DNA from: Felis catus
Taxonomy: Eukaryota
Reading direction: 5' to 3'
Assembly: GCF_018350175.1 (NCBI RefSeq)
Contig: NC_058368.1
Location: 231,324,001-231,388,000, forward strand
Length of the DNA stretch: 64,000 nt
Shown here: positions 35,906-48,928 of the stretch, piece after piece
How positions within the stretch are numbered: position 1 is the stretch's first letter
Layout of the letters: every line of letters begins with the position of its first letter
Translations under genes and position numbers: made by a program
The notes under the pieces: generated by a model
What the model was told of the DNA's origin: nothing
The model's input: the letters and a program-made list of their open reading frames with translations, nothing else
Database searches by the model: none

Positions 35906-37039
35906 CTTAATTTCTTTTCCTTATCCGCGCAGTATTTACTGTGGTGCCTAGCAGGGCCTCCCCTAGATTGTGTGGGATCCCAGGCAAATATTCTTCTGTG
36001 GCTCCTGTCCCTGTGAACAGTGTGATTGAAAAATGTGTTGTAAAATGTATGGGCCCACTGAGGTGTATGGATTTATCAATGAAGGTTTAGAATAATGGGT
36101 AGAAAAGAGATACGTACTTATTTATTCTCCAGTCAGTGCACGTGATGCTTCTTTCTTCCCTCCGCACACCGTCTCTTCCTGGTAATCTTTATTGCCAAAG
36201 GCACCATTCTTCAAAAATTCCAGGTCTCCCACCCGTTACTCATAACACCGTGGCTCTTTGGAACCGATTCGTATCGAAACAGTACAGCTTACCTTGCCTC
36301 TGCGGTCCCCCGGTCCATTTCCTGAAGGCTGGCTATGCCCTTACTCATGACACTGTTGTCGTCGATAATGCCGTCCAGGACCAGTGTCTTCCGGGGATCC
36401 TCACAAGGGGGTCATTGTGCTTCGTCGATGATGACCCCAGATACAAACCTTACCCGGAGGATGCAATAAAACTTGAATGGCAATTTGCTTCTGGTCATGG
36501 TAACTGTACTAATTGTATAGCAGACAGAAAGAACAGCGCATCTTCTACCCATGTCCTCGGTCTTCTTACCCCCGTTACCGCGTGCTTAGGATGGGATCTC
36601 TCATGTTGATTGCACCCAGCCATGGGGTGAGCTGAGTGGCCCACTGGGGGCAGAGGATCCGCCCCTCATCCTGCGGGGCTCACACCGACCCAGGAAAGTA
36701 CAGCTTCCAAAGATTCTCACTGTATTTACTGTCACTTCTGTGAAAGTGTCAATCTCAAGTTTTGCAGGCAGCCTCCTTGAGTTTTTCCCAGAAACAGTCC
36801 GTTAGGTAGTCCCAGATAACTGAGAACCTTGACAAATCCCGAATTTCCAAGAACCTAACAAGTGTGTAAAAATAGCATCCGTGTGCCCCAGCCGTGGTGC
36901 ACGTGCATGTGTGTGCGTGTGAATTATTGTAAGTGCTCAGCCGTTCTCGTGATTTTCTGCACCCATTTGTGAAGTGTATCTTGCTGTTGATTTTCTTTTT
37001 CCTTCATGAAAAAATATTAATGAAAGACTTAAAAATGTT

Positions 37040-37160
37040 TTAAAGGGATGTTGCTGATAGGGGAAGCTGTGTGTGTGTGGGGGGGGGAGGTATTTGGGAA
37101 CTCTGTACTTTCTACTCAATTTTGCTGTGAACCAAAGAGTGCTCCAAAACATTAATTTAA
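37040..37160 (+). mobile_element. Old L1 (L1MC/MD-like) 3' terminus
   Basis: gggatgttgctgataggggaagctgtg...gggaactctgtactttctactcaattttgctgtgaacc. Confidence 0.7.
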
Positions 37161-38406
37161 CAGGAAATAAGTAAAATAGAACAAAAGGCTGACCCAGAAG
37201 AGTGCTGTGTCACCACATTGATTGGAGGTGGAAGGGAACATTGGAAAACTCGACGTGTTATGGGGCAACGGTCTGAAAAGCCCCAGGAGGAGATGGGGGT
37301 AGCCAGCCCTTAGGACTGCCTGACATGTGGCATGGGGCCTGCAGAGGAGTTAGTGTGACCCTCCTCCAGGCCAGGGTACAGGACACCTGCCACCATCCCA
37401 GCTGCCCCCTGGGTGCTGTGGACTAGAGGCAGCACTGTGGTGGGAGCACAGATGGTTAAGAGTCAATTCATAGACCTGCACACTCGGCTCAGGTTCAAGG
37501 GTCATAAGTGACCCTTTGAGAGCTCAGAGCCCTGAACTCGTCTTGTGTCTGACATGTGTCTTGAGGCTCTCCAAAATTAGCACATCATCACCCTTCCAGC
37601 AGCCTGGTGTCACTGTAACCCTTGAAACCAACATGGCGCTGCCCCATGGGAGTGACCTGCTGGCCAGGCTGCCCTCCTGGAACCAGAGCCCAGCCGTGGT
37701 CCAGCAGAGCGGAGAAGTCCTCGGGGCATCCTGTCAGCCCCCCGTGGAGGTGGATGGGGGGCAGTGAATAGAGACATGGAGACAAAGGGGTGTGTGGGTC
37801 TGGGCCGCAGTGCCAGCCTGGCGCCATCAGTCTTGGCCGGGCCCGGCCAATGGAGAGGAACAGAGTATGGTGAGGAAGGTGCTTCAAAGCGCGGGTCTCT
37901 GAGGTCTGGGGTTTGGGACAGTGCCCTGCTTGTCGGCGTCTACAGATGGTGCCCGAAGTTCTATTCGTGACACAGTGGAGACAAGGGTATAATGTCGACG
38001 TGGCCCCTGCCTTCAGGCAGTTTACCTTCTGGGCTTGTCGACAGATAGACAACCTTAAAGTTTCTGTTTTCCTTGTGACTCTGTTGTTCTTTCTTCTGAG
38101 ACTCAGGGTTCATGCATGCATCGTGAAGGTGGGCGCTGCTCTAGGGGACAGCTAGAGAGCAGTGTGCAGGGGCAGGCACGCTGCACATTCTCCCAGAGTG
38201 GAGCCTTTCAGACCACAGGGTCTATGAAAAAGATGTGTTTGCTTGTGCCTTTGCTTCATTCCCCATCTCTCTTCTCCACCCAGTGGTTAAAATACCGGAG
38301 GCTGATGTCAGCACTGTGTTCGGTCTATCCAGAGGCCCCCCTCGACCCTTGGATCCTGCTTCTCTGATTGGCCCGGCTCCTGTTGCTCATGTGGCCTCAT
38401 CAGCAA

Positions 38407-38650
38407 CACAGAGCTGCCGTGTACAGTAGTGTAGGTTGTGCATTGCATGATGGCGCCCATTCCCAGGGGCCACCACTCACATCACAGACGGTGCAGATTT
38501 GTGTTTTTTACTCAAGTTTTCCAGCAGGTGGCAGTCAATGTCTTGGTCTAACAAAGATTGGTATATGATGATGATTTTTTTTTTTTTTTGATGGAAGTCT
38601 CGAGGGGGTCCCTTTTAATAATTTGCAGGAAAGTACCATATGGGCCAGCA
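38407..38650. mobile_element. MER91-like hAT-Tip100 element
   Basis: Start cagagctgccgtgtacagtagtgtaggttgtgcattgca resembles the MER91 terminus. Ends ...aaagtaccatatgggccagcaa. Confidence 0.55.
38521..38534 (+). promoter_or_regulatory. Candidate CTCF core motif
   Basis: CCAGCAGGTGGCAG fits CCASYAGRKGGCR with no mismatch. Confidence 0.45.
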
Positions 38651-38805
38651 ATGCGTTGGATTACATCTGCCCACTATGTCTGCTGACCAACCTTCATTTT
38701 TCCTTAGTTAACTTTGGAGACAGCAATAGTTCTTCCTCATAAATGTACTGTGAGGCTGAGATGAACATGGGAACAGCGGCTGGCACAGAGCAAACTCTTG
38801 GGGTA

Positions 38806-39218
38806 GTTAGTGGGCTGGATAGTGGCCCCCAAAATATATGTCCATGTTGTAACCTCAGGAACCTGTGAATATGACCTTATTTGGAAAAAGGGTCACTGCA
38901 GATGTAATTAAGCAGAAGGTCTTGAGGTGAGACCATCTTGGGTGATCCAGACAGGTCCTAAATCCAGTGCCCTTGTAAGAGACAGAAGAGGAAAGAGAGA
39001 CACACAGAGAAGACGGCCTTGAGAAGTCAAGGCAGGGTTTGGAGTGGGGTGGCCAGAAGCTGAGGATCACAGGGAGCCCCAGGAAGTTGGGGGAGCAGGA
39101 AGGATCCTCCCCTAGAGGAGGGAGTGTGGCAGACTTCTGGCCTCCAGAACTGGGAGAGAGGAAATTTCTGTACCCGGTGTTTGGTACTTAGTTACAGCAG
39201 CCCAAGGAGACCGATGCA
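38806..39218 (+). mobile_element. MLT1C/D solo LTR
   Basis: tggcccccaaaatatatgtcc...tgtgaatatgaccttatttggaaaaagggtc...gacttctggcctccagaact...gttacagcagcccaaggaga. Confidence 0.88.
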
Positions 39219-39269
39219 ATCAGTACCTGTGATCTCACTGTTATTATTATTGTTTTATTATTTTTTATA

Positions 39270-39478
39270 TCAATTTTTTAATGTTTATTTTTGAGAGAGA
39301 AAGAGACCGAGTATGAGTGGGGAAGGGGCAGAGAGAGAGGAAGACACAGAATCCAAAGCAGGCTCCAGGCTCTGAGCTGTCAGCCCAGAGCCCGATGTGG
39401 GGCTCGAACCCATGAACCATGAGATCATGACCTGAGCAGAAGTCGGACGCTTAACTGACTGAGCCACCCAGGCATCCC
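39270..39478 (-). mobile_element. SINEC_Fc-type SINE
   Basis: Full-length body and head. Confidence 0.93.
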
Positions 39479-39479
39479 T

Positions 39480-39695
39480 ATTTTTTTTTTTTTTTAATTT
39501 TAGATAGAGAGCACGTGTGAGTGGCAGGGAGGTGTGGAGAGACGGAGAAAGAGAGAGCTCACACAAGAGAGAGGGAGGGAGAACCTTAAGCCCAGGGAGA
39601 ACCCAACGCGGGGCTTGATCCCAGGAACCTGGGATCATGACCTGAACCGAAATCCAGAGTCGGAAGTGCCACTGACTGAGCCACCCAGGTCTCCC
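39480..39695 (-). mobile_element. Older SINEC SINE in tandem with the previous copy
   Basis: Poly-T tail. Head ...gactgagccacccaggtctccc. Confidence 0.88.
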
Positions 39696-40779
39696 TTGTT
39701 GTCCTGATTGATGTAATGTTCTCACTGTTCACAGAGAAGGAGGCCAGCAGCCATGGCTTCATGGAGACCAGAGGTGCTGGGAAGGGCGGACAGTGTCCCC
39801 TGCGACAGTTTAGGACAGGGCAGGCAACATTTTTCTGTAAGGGGCCAGGTGGGAAATGCTTGTCTCACCCGCTCAGCTCTTTGGACCCTGAGAGCAGCCG
39901 CAGGACCACACACGCTCGAGGGGATGACGGACCTGGCCGGCACCGCATCTGGGCCACACGACTCTGAGGGTGGAGAAACGACTCGTTACTGTTTGCAGTG
40001 AGGGAAGCGCAGAACAAAGAGTGTTTAGAAACTTTTATGACAATTTGATAGAGTAATTTTATGTCTACTGAGGCCAATCATAAAAAATTTAGGTATGTAT
40101 TTTGTATGTCTTTTCACTTCCCTAGGAATTTATTATTGTTAATTTCATGCAAGTATCCCAGCGGGGCAGATTAGATGTAAACGCTCGGTTTGAGAAGCTT
40201 CGCTTTGTGTAGGACACTCTCCTGTGCAAGAAGGCATTGCTTACCCCTTTTGGGTGCTTGGAAAAATGAGTGGGTCTGGCCAGACTCAGCCCTATGGGCA
40301 GCCCAGGAAGTGGAGAGGCCATTCTTAGCAGTGCCCCTGGCCTGGGGACCTGAGGTGGCTGCCTGTGGACTGGCCTCCAGGCCTCATCCACAGACCCTGG
40401 CCCAGGATGTGCTCGAGTCACAGGAGGGTCTGCGCTGTTTGATTGAATGCACCATGCAGGGCAGGGCAGAGGGGTGATGGGTGGCCAGCCTGGGCACCTT
40501 GAACATGAGGTGAGGACTGGCTGTGCGTGTGGGTTTTGGGGTCCCACCCGCCGGCTGTAGTCACCTGTCCCAGCCCTTTCCCACCCTGTGTGGGACTTTG
40601 ATGAAACTCACGCTCCCTGTGCTGTAACTGCCTTCCCCCGTGTCCTTCATGACTGCCGGACTGCGGCTCCTGAGAGAGGGACACCGGTGCCTCGCCGTCC
40701 TTGGGGCTGGGGCACCTGCGCTCCCCTGGCACACAGTAGGTGCTCAGTAAATGTTTCTAGAAGAACCACCTGAAGAGCG

Positions 40780-40970
40780 ATCAGGCAAGACAAAGAAAAC
40801 AAAGGCCTCCAAATTGTAAACGAAGAAGAAAACTGTCACTATGTGTGGATGATGTGACACTATGTATAGAAATCCCTAACATCCCCCCCAAGAAACGGTT
40901 AGAAGTGATGAACAAGTTCAGTAAACTTGTGGGATACAAAATCAATATGCAGAGATTAAAAAAAAAAGAA
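40780..40970 (+). mobile_element. L1 ORF2 reverse-transcriptase fragment
   Basis: Translates as LSLCVDDVTLCIEIP...LEVMNKFSKLVGYKINMQ, a decayed form of L1 LSLFADDMILYIENP...INEFSKVAGYKINTQ. Confidence 0.85.
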
Positions 40971-43900
40971 TGCTTGGACAAACAGGTCTCCTTTGCTCAG
41001 CCAAAGGGTAGCAGCAGCTTCATAATTTGCGGGTGAATGTGGGCACTTCAGGTGGAGCGAACGTTCAAAGAGCAGTGGGCCTGAGCGTCACTCAGATTAC
41101 GAAACCTGGTGGGAGAAAGCGACCAGTGCTGCTGGGTGATCCCGAACAGTCGCTGCCCGGAGGCCTTCTCTGTCCCCGTCTCCTCCCCAAGGAGGTCCCC
41201 CCAACACTTCCGGCTGCTCTCCCACCCTCCCAGGCCCATTGGAGCACCAGTGGCTGCTTCTTGCAGCCCAGGAGAGAGTCAGGGTGGGGCCGCCGGAAGG
41301 TGCCTTCCCCCGCAGGAGCCAGGACTCCAGGGCAGTTGTGGGTTTGTAACTTCAGATAAAACCAGGGGGAGGTTTCAGGTTGGGGGCGGGGGGACTGGAT
41401 GCAGATCCCAGCAGGCCTGGAGGACGGATGACTGTGGAACATTCGGAGCAGAGCAGAACATGAAGGTGGACTAGTTCTCTCTTTTAGAACCAGCCACCCT
41501 TCCGCGTGCGGTCTTTTTGGTGTCTTCGTTGTTGACCTTAGATTCTCAGGGCAGCTTTAGCTCATGTATCAAGTAAACACCCAAGTCTCGATGGCTGGAC
41601 CTAGTGGTAGTTGCTTTCTTGCAACACAGTGAAGGCGTTCCTGGTGACTCAGGGACCCGGGCTCCTTCCTCTGGGGAGTCAGGGCCTGCCTGCCCCTGCA
41701 TCCAGCTGGGGTGGGGGGATAGCAAAGCAGATGGAGATGGGCCTCTCACCTCCCGTGTGGTTGGTGAGAACTAGGCCCCTTCTGTGAGCTTCCCCAGAGC
41801 TCTGGAGGGGAGGGGCTGTGCCAGGGACACGCCAGCACCCGTGTTTACTGTCCCGCCACGGCTGTGCACAGAGAGGCGGCCAGTGGGAGAGGAGATTCCC
41901 CGGAAGGAGACCTGGGTTCTGCTAGAGAAGGGGGTTGATGCTTAGCTGGCTTGAATGACTGATGTCCGTCACTGGGGCCCAGGACATTGAGTCCCCCTGG
42001 AAGGAGGCGGATGGTGCAGCCCTGGAGTCAGGGGTGGGCGGGTGGCTTCCCTGGCAAGGCAGAGCCGGAGGGGTAGCACAGAGAAGATGGGGCAGCAGGG
42101 GATCACACGTGGTCCTTGACTTCCGGGCGGGGAGAGGGATGGGCCAAGGAGGGTGTGGACGTGTGGAAAGACTAGAAGACACCAGACACGGCCTTGTCTC
42201 CCACAGAAGTCTGGAGAAGGTGCTGCAAGGACCTACCTGGACGCACCGGAGAGAGCAGCGGTGTGTGGCTTTAGCTCCTTCGTCCCATTGAAGACAGAGG
42301 CAGCGAGCAGCCCTGACCCGGCTCCTCTCTGTCCTCCCCTGAAGGTTCCTGGGGTCAGATGGACGCTCCATTGCGAGAAGCACCTGTCCTGCTCCCCAGC
42401 GCACAGAAGGCACGGGTGAGCCCGGCCTTGGTCTCCTGGCTGGAGACAACCATCGTGAGAAAGGTCCTGCCCCGGCCATTCAGGGAGCCGGGGCGACAGG
42501 CAGGGCCTGGAGCCTCGCTCTCCTCCGGCCCCCGAGGCCCTTGCTTATTCCCATTGGGCAGAGCGGCGGGTGCCCGGTCTCTGGCTGAGGGATGCGGTGC
42601 GCCTCCCCAGCGCTCCCTACGGCTGCTTTGTCTCATCACCTCACGGGTTTTTTCCTCCCAGCAGCTCTGAATTTGTGGCTTCTGTGTCACCTGTTTACAG
42701 ATCCGGAAACTGGTTCACGGAGTGATTTAAACCCCAGACCTGCAAATATGTTCTGGGAAAGTGCGGGGCGGAGGCCGTCTTTCTGTCTGGTTTATGGCTT
42801 CCCTCGCCAGGCGGTATTGCCTCCGCCCTTGGCCTTGCCGAGATTTTATAACCGGCACTCATCCTGGGTCAGGCAGAGACCTCAGACTCGCGGGAGAGAG
42901 GACGCCAGCCCCGCTTTCTGCGTGTGCTGGCTCTTTTTATGCTCGCCTGGATACAACGGTCGTAAGCAAGACTCCGGTAAATAAATAGTTCAGTTCCCAC
43001 CGAAATTGCCTATGCTGGAATTTCTGCCTTTAAAGGAAACATGAATAATGACTGGGACAGAGCATTCTTTTATTTGAACCCGGATGCGTTTAACACAGAC
43101 AGTGGAAATGTGAGAAAGCCCCGGCTGAGTGTATTCTCTGGGTTATAAATTCCTTTTCTCTCTAATGCCTCTGCCTTATCTGGAGGTTCTTTTGGCTGCA
43201 CTCTCTTCTTTCATTTCTGTCTTCTTTATTCACTGTGTTCCTTCTTTTCTCCGATTTTACTAGCTCAGCAGCTGCAGGTGAATTGAGCCAAAAATACGCT
43301 CTGGGTGGCGAAGAAATGCACTTTGCTCCGTGGCTGTGCTCCCTCTGAGCACACTGGTCCCCTTATGTAACTCTGTCCTTTTCAAAGTCAGCTCTGCCAC
43401 AGCGTGCTTAACAAAAGTACAGTGCATGACACTTTCAAATGACGGGGCTTCTGTGGCTTTTGTTTGCTGCCCTTGACACTGAGCACCTTTCACAGCTTAC
43501 CCTTAATGTGTGTTCCTTGGTTGTGTCTGCAGGATACTTCAAAACCCATTATTATCATTATTATCATTTTCCCCACCGAAGGGCAGCGTGACTGGATGCA
43601 TTTTAAAACAGCGAGTTCCCTTGGAATAGTTTAATGAGCAAGCAGTTTTCTTGCCGGGGCCGGAAATAACGGTGGCTTTGGCAACATGGGAATGTAACTG
43701 GTCACTCACGTCGCTCTCAGAACTCATATTCGAGGGAAGCATGATATGTGCACTTTGGGGAGATTTGCAGCTTTCTTCATGTAACCTAAACCTACCTGGA
43801 AATCGTAATTGAACTTGGAAACACCCACAGCTGTGGTTTCAGCTGTGCAGAGGAGTGAATGGAGGTCGGAGCCGGGGAAGGTAGGGTCAAGCGAAACCTA

Positions 43901-44261
43901 GAGAAAGAGGGTGAGGAAGAAAAATACGTCGTAATGGCAGAGATAAGCCCAGATTTATCGGTTGTGATGATATCAAAATGAAACAGAATCGAACAAAATG
44001 ACTCTGCAAGTTTTAAAATTAATTTAAGAAGATAACGTAGCAATATTCATACAGATAAACCAGAACTCAAGATGAAAGGTATTAAGAGGGACGGAGACAG
44101 ACATTTCATGTTAATAAAAGTGAAAATGCACCAAGGAGATATCATAGTTTTGACGCTGTGTACAATTAACCGCCACAGCTTTGTGATGTGTAGAGTACAA
44201 TGTCCTTGGATTGGGAGAAATTGACAAACCCAGAACGATGGAGATTTTACCCCAGCCCTCC

Positions 44262-44702
44262 TGTAGCAGGCAGAATGGTGGCCCTGCAAATATGTTTGTG
44301 TTCTAGCCCCCGGAGTCTAAGTATGTCTTTATTAGGAAAAAGTCTCTGCAGATGTAATTACGTCAGGAGCCGTGAGGTGAGGTCATCCTGGATCGTCAGG
44401 TGGGCCCTACGTCACAAGTGTCCTTGCGCGAGAGAAGCAGAGGGAGACTAGTGTACATGGAGCAGGTGGTGTGGAGCCAGGTGGAGGGGTGGGTGGGGTG
44501 ACGTGGCCTCCGGTGAGGGATGGGTGCTAGGTGCCAGAGGAGGCGCCGGGTGAATGTCTCTCGGGGTGTTAGGGGGAGCGTGGCCTTGCTGACACCCTGA
44601 TTTTGGTCTTCTGGCCTCTGGGACCGTGAGAGAGAAAATTCCTGTTGGTTTAAGCCACTACGTGTGTGGTAGTTTGTTACGGCAGCCACAGAAGACCAAC
44701 AA
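44262..44702 (+). mobile_element. MLT1C/D solo LTR inserted in L1
   Basis: tgtagcaggcagaatggtggccc...tgcagatgtaatta...taagccactacgtgtgtggtagtttgttacggcagcc. Confidence 0.88.
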
Positions 44703-45437
44703 AATTCTCAAAGATGGGCAGATCAAGTACAAGAGTCACTAATAAGAACATCACGGATTTGAAGAATTTAACTCTACATTCAACTGAGTGTACTCAATCT
44801 TTGTGAATACATAGGGCGGTTCGCAAAAATTAACCACGTCATAGTCAACAGAGAACGATATGCAGTTTTCCAAGGTTAGAGTCATCGAATCCTATTCTCT
44901 GGGGGCAGTGTAACAAAGACAGTAACTGCCAACAAAAGGATAGGCAGAACGTTCCCCGCATGCGCTGGGAGGTTAAAAAATACCTTCTAAATAATTCACG
45001 TTTTAATGAGAAAATCAAAATGGGAGTTGAAATACTGAAAGCCAAATGACTTGTAAAGGTTCTTCACATAAAGTTGGCAGATCAAGCTTAGGGGGTCCTC
45101 CCAGGGGAGTTTGCAGCCAGAAGTACATTTATTAGAAAACAAGAAAGATTGAAAAGAAATTAGCTAAGCTTTCAGCTTGAGAAACTATAAAAGGGAACAA
45201 GAAAACAAATCTAAGGAAAGTAGAAGGAAGGAAAGAAGACCAGAAAGTCCACCAGAGTTAATCAAAAGCAAGTTCTTTGAAATGATTAGCAAAACTGAGA
45301 AACTGTTGGCAATTTTAATCAATAAGAGAAAGTAAGCGTACATAAATAAATATCATAAGGAAACTGAAAAGATATTTGGTTGTATTTGACTCTTAAAAGC
45401 TATAAAAGAATTGAATATTACTTTCTATTTATTTATT

Positions 45438-45642
45438 CAACGTTTTTATTTATTTTTGGGACAGAGAGAGACAGAGCATGAACGGGGGAGGGGCAGGGAG
45501 AGAGGGAGACACAGAATCGGAAACAGGCTCCAGGCTCCGAGCCATCAGCCCAGAGCCTGACGCGGGGCTCGAACTCACGGACCGCGAGATCGTGACCTGG
45601 CTGAAGTCGGACGCTTAACCGACTGCGCCACCCAGGCTCCCC
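45438..45642 (-). mobile_element. Young SINEC_Fc SINE
   Basis: TSD tctatttatttatt at 45424-45437 and 45643-45656. Confidence 0.95.
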
Positions 45643-45845
45643 TCTATTTATTTATTTACTTTGAGACAGAGAGAGAGAGAGCATGGCTGTGTGGGTGAGG
45701 GGAAGAGAGAGACAGAGAATTCCAAACAAGCTCTACACTGTCAGCATGGAGGCCTACGTGGGGCTTGAATTTAGAAACCCCGAGATCATGATCTGAGCTG
45801 AAATCAAGAGTTGAACGCTCAACTGACTGAGCCATCCAGGTGCCC
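45643..45845 (-). mobile_element. Older SINEC SINE
   Basis: Diverged body. Head gagccatccaggtgccc. Confidence 0.9.
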
Positions 45846-45849
45846 TAAT

Positions 45850-45868
45850 ATTTTTTTTAAGTTTATTT

Positions 45869-45908
<40 letters not shown>

Positions 45909-46066
45909 ATGAGCAGGGAAGGGGCAGAGAGAGAGGGAGAGAGAATCCCGAGCAGGCTCTGTACGGTCAGCGTAGAGCCGGATGTGGGGCTGGAACCCAT
46001 GAACTGTTAAGATCATGATCGGAGCCGATGTCGGACGCTTAACCGACTGAGCCACCCAGGCGCCCC
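45850..46066 (-). mobile_element. SINEC SINE
   Basis: Full length. The TSD-like aaagaa(t/c)tgaat brackets the whole three-SINE stack. Confidence 0.93.
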
Positions 46067-47090
46067 TGAAAGAACTGAATGTTTTTATACTAATACACTT
46101 AAAAAGTAGCAGGTATTGAAAACTTCTTAAGATAATGTCAACAATCAAGTTTGACCCCAAAACACGAATAGAGAAACAATCGTAAAATAGATGGAAATGA
46201 TAGACAAAGATCAGTAAGCAAGAGGCACTTGACAGGCGAGTGCTACAAAATATTCGGATAACAAGTAACCAGAGACCTGGAGAAAGTGCTCCAGAGTGAA
46301 GGAAAATATGGAAAGCTAACCAACCCTCTTTATGAGCTTAGTAAAAGCCCTTAGTAAAAGCCCTATTGCACAAGGAAAGAATAAGAAAAAAGCCAAAGAC
46401 CCATTACACTTATGAATATAGATGCAAAAACCATAATGAAAATATTAGCAAATTGAATCCTACAGTTTATTAATGGAGTAATGCATCTTGAGCCAGTGGG
46501 GTTGGTTCAGCAAAGAATATTTATCAGTGTGGTTAACTGTGTTAAATTAAATGAAGAAAAAAAAGCCATGATTTTCACTATAGATGCTACCCACCCCCAC
46601 CTCCGTATCCATCCACCATATGAACACCTAGGGTCCCCAAGGATCGAAGGGGGACCCCCTGAACTGATAAAGAATATATTGCAGAAAACTGTAGAAGCCA
46701 CTGTTTTTAATGATAAAACAAAATTAAAGTCAAGTCACTGCTGCTCCTTCATATATCTTAGCCAAATTCCAAGAAAAGAAATACAAACTGGAAAGGAAGA
46801 AACAAAACTGTTAGTAAGTTCAGATGTTATAATTGTTAAATTTGAAACACTAATGAATCCTCTGATAAACGATTAGAGTCAATACATTAGTGAGAGTGCT
46901 GATTGTAAGTTAAACATATAAAGTGATTTTTCTTACGCTAACAATAAATAATTAAAAATTACAGTAGGAAACAATGACCCCAATCATAGTAGCAGCAAAA
47001 TCTGCCGTGTACCCTAATGTGGACCTGTGGCCACCATGCCAGGAGCATAGCTACTCTCCTTTCTTATTTACTTAAAAAACTCCCAATTCT

Positions 47091-47293
47091 GGGGTGCCTG
47101 GGTGGCTCAGTCGTTAGGCATCCGAGTCTTGATTTTGGCTCAGGTCACGATGTCATGGTTTGTGAGATGGAGCCCTACACCAGGCTCTGTGCTGACAGTG
47201 TGGAACCTGCTTGGCATCCTCTCTTTTCCTCTCTCTCTGCCCCTCCCCTGCTTGTGCTCTCTCTTTCTCTCTCTCTCAAAATAAAAAAAAAAG
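47091..47293 (+). mobile_element. SINEC SINE
   Basis: Head ggggtgcctgggtggctcag, CT-rich stretch and poly-A. Confidence 0.93.
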
Positions 47294-47931
47294 AACAACT
47301 CTCAAATTCATTGGGGTTGGCAATTCACTCACATAAAAACATTTGGTCTCCCAGCATCCTTTGCAACTAGGGTTGGCCAGGTGATGAGGGTCACACGCTC
47401 AAAGCAGCAGGCAGAATTCCTGTGACAGGGCATTCCTTCTTCCTGCTTGGAAAACAGGCATGATGCCGGGGGTGCAGCAGCCTTCTTGTGATCGCAGTGT
47501 GACAGCCCCCGGCTGGGGATGGTGGAAGAAAACACAGAAGATTCTCTGTTCCTTGGTGATCTCCTGGGGCTTCTTGGACATGGTGGGGGCGGGAGGCCAC
47601 CCTCTCTGGCTGAGAGCAGCGAATCTCCACATTCCATGGATTTCCTTCCTGGGATCGTTTTTCTCACTCCTGCCATTGGCTGAAGTGCGCTGGGGAGAAC
47701 CCTTCCTCAGCATCACCTGGGTAGGAGACTGGTTAACTGCGGACAGACCACCTGTCTTCCAGACCCACCGAATCAGGACCTCCTGGGAGGCTGGGGAGTC
47801 TGCATTTTGACTCCCCCTCTCCCATACTTTGCTTTAGATCCTGGGTGCATGGCGCTGAAGAAGTGGTTTCTCGATAAAGATGCTGCTCTGGACTCACTCA
47901 GGCCTGCCTGGGAGAGTTGCAGACGGATGGG

Positions 47932-48270
47932 TGTGTTAGCTTGGGATCCGTGACAAAATACTGACTGGATGGCTGCACGTCCAAAACCCGGGTTCCGGTG
48001 GATTCGGTTCCTGGCTCGCAGGCCTCCTCACTGCGTCCTCCCATGGCCCTTCCTCTGTGAGCGTGCGTGTGGGGAGAGAGAAGCAGCAAACAGCACAGTC
48101 TTCTCTCATAAGGACACTGATCCTGTCCATCGGCCCCCGCCCTTATGACATCATTTAACCTTAATTACTTCCTCAGAGGACCTCCGTCTCCAGGACAGCC
48201 ACACTGGGGTTGGGGCTTCAACATATGAATCTGGGGGGGGGGGCACACGAACATTTGGTCTGTGACAGCA
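47932..48270 (-). mobile_element. MLT1A-like LTR
   Basis: tgtgttagcttgg...gtcctcccatggcc...ccttatgacatcatttaaccttaattacttcc...gcttcaacatatgaat. Confidence 0.8.
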
Positions 48271-48928
48271 GACTTGCTTGCCATCCTTATCAGTGCAGAA
48301 GGACAGGCAGGTGGCAGTGTTTTGGTCAGTTTGCCGTGATGCTGACGGGGACCCCAGAGTAGGTAGGTGGGTGGCACACGGTCCCTGACCGCCCAGGGCA
48401 GCCAGGGGCACAGTCCGTGATAACCCTCCGTATGGCACTCGGCACTGACATTTTCGTCCGCGTTCTTACACATGATGCGTCTCGTGGCTCAGGAAGGTGT
48501 CCTTGATGAGTAGACGGCGCCTGGCAACGGTCACAGCTTTTGCGCCTAGAGATGGAGGTGTTAGTTTCCCAGGGCTGTCGTGACAAAGTACCCCAGGCTG
48601 GGTGGCGGGGCTCACCAAACAGAAAGCCGCACGGTTCCAGAGGCCGGAAGTCCAAGAGCACGGTGCGGGCAGGGCCAGGGTCCTGCCGGGACTCCCGGGA
48701 AGCATCCTTCCTCGCCTCGTCCAGCTTCTGGCGGCGGCCGGCCACGCTCGGCATCGCTGGCTTACCGCGCCAACCTCTGCCTGCGTCGTCACTGGCCTTC
48801 GTGTCGTCTTCCCTCTGTGCGTATCCACATGTGCGTCCCAAGATCCCCTTAGGGACTCAGTCGTACCGGATCAGGGCCCACCCCAATGACCTCATTTTAA
48901 CTTAATCGCCCGTAAGGGCCTTATTTTC

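Larger units (their letters stand above)
43925..47000 (+). mobile_element. Old L1 ORF2 remnant (endonuclease to RT), interrupted by an MLT1 LTR and three SINEs
   Basis: L1 motifs acatttattagaaaacaagaaagattgaaa, cttatgaatatagatgcaaaaa...aaaatattagcaaattgaatcc (MNIDAK..KILAN) and atacaaactggaaaggaagaaacaaaactg. Confidence 0.75.

Noticed and set aside
36454..36508. Possible 55-nt minus-strand exon (tag|...CCGG|gtaagg)
   Set aside because: The acceptor is only moderate, several alternative donors lie nearby, and nothing else supports it.
46337..46363. 13-bp tandem duplication cttagtaaaagcc
   Set aside because: An ordinary slippage event inside an old L1.
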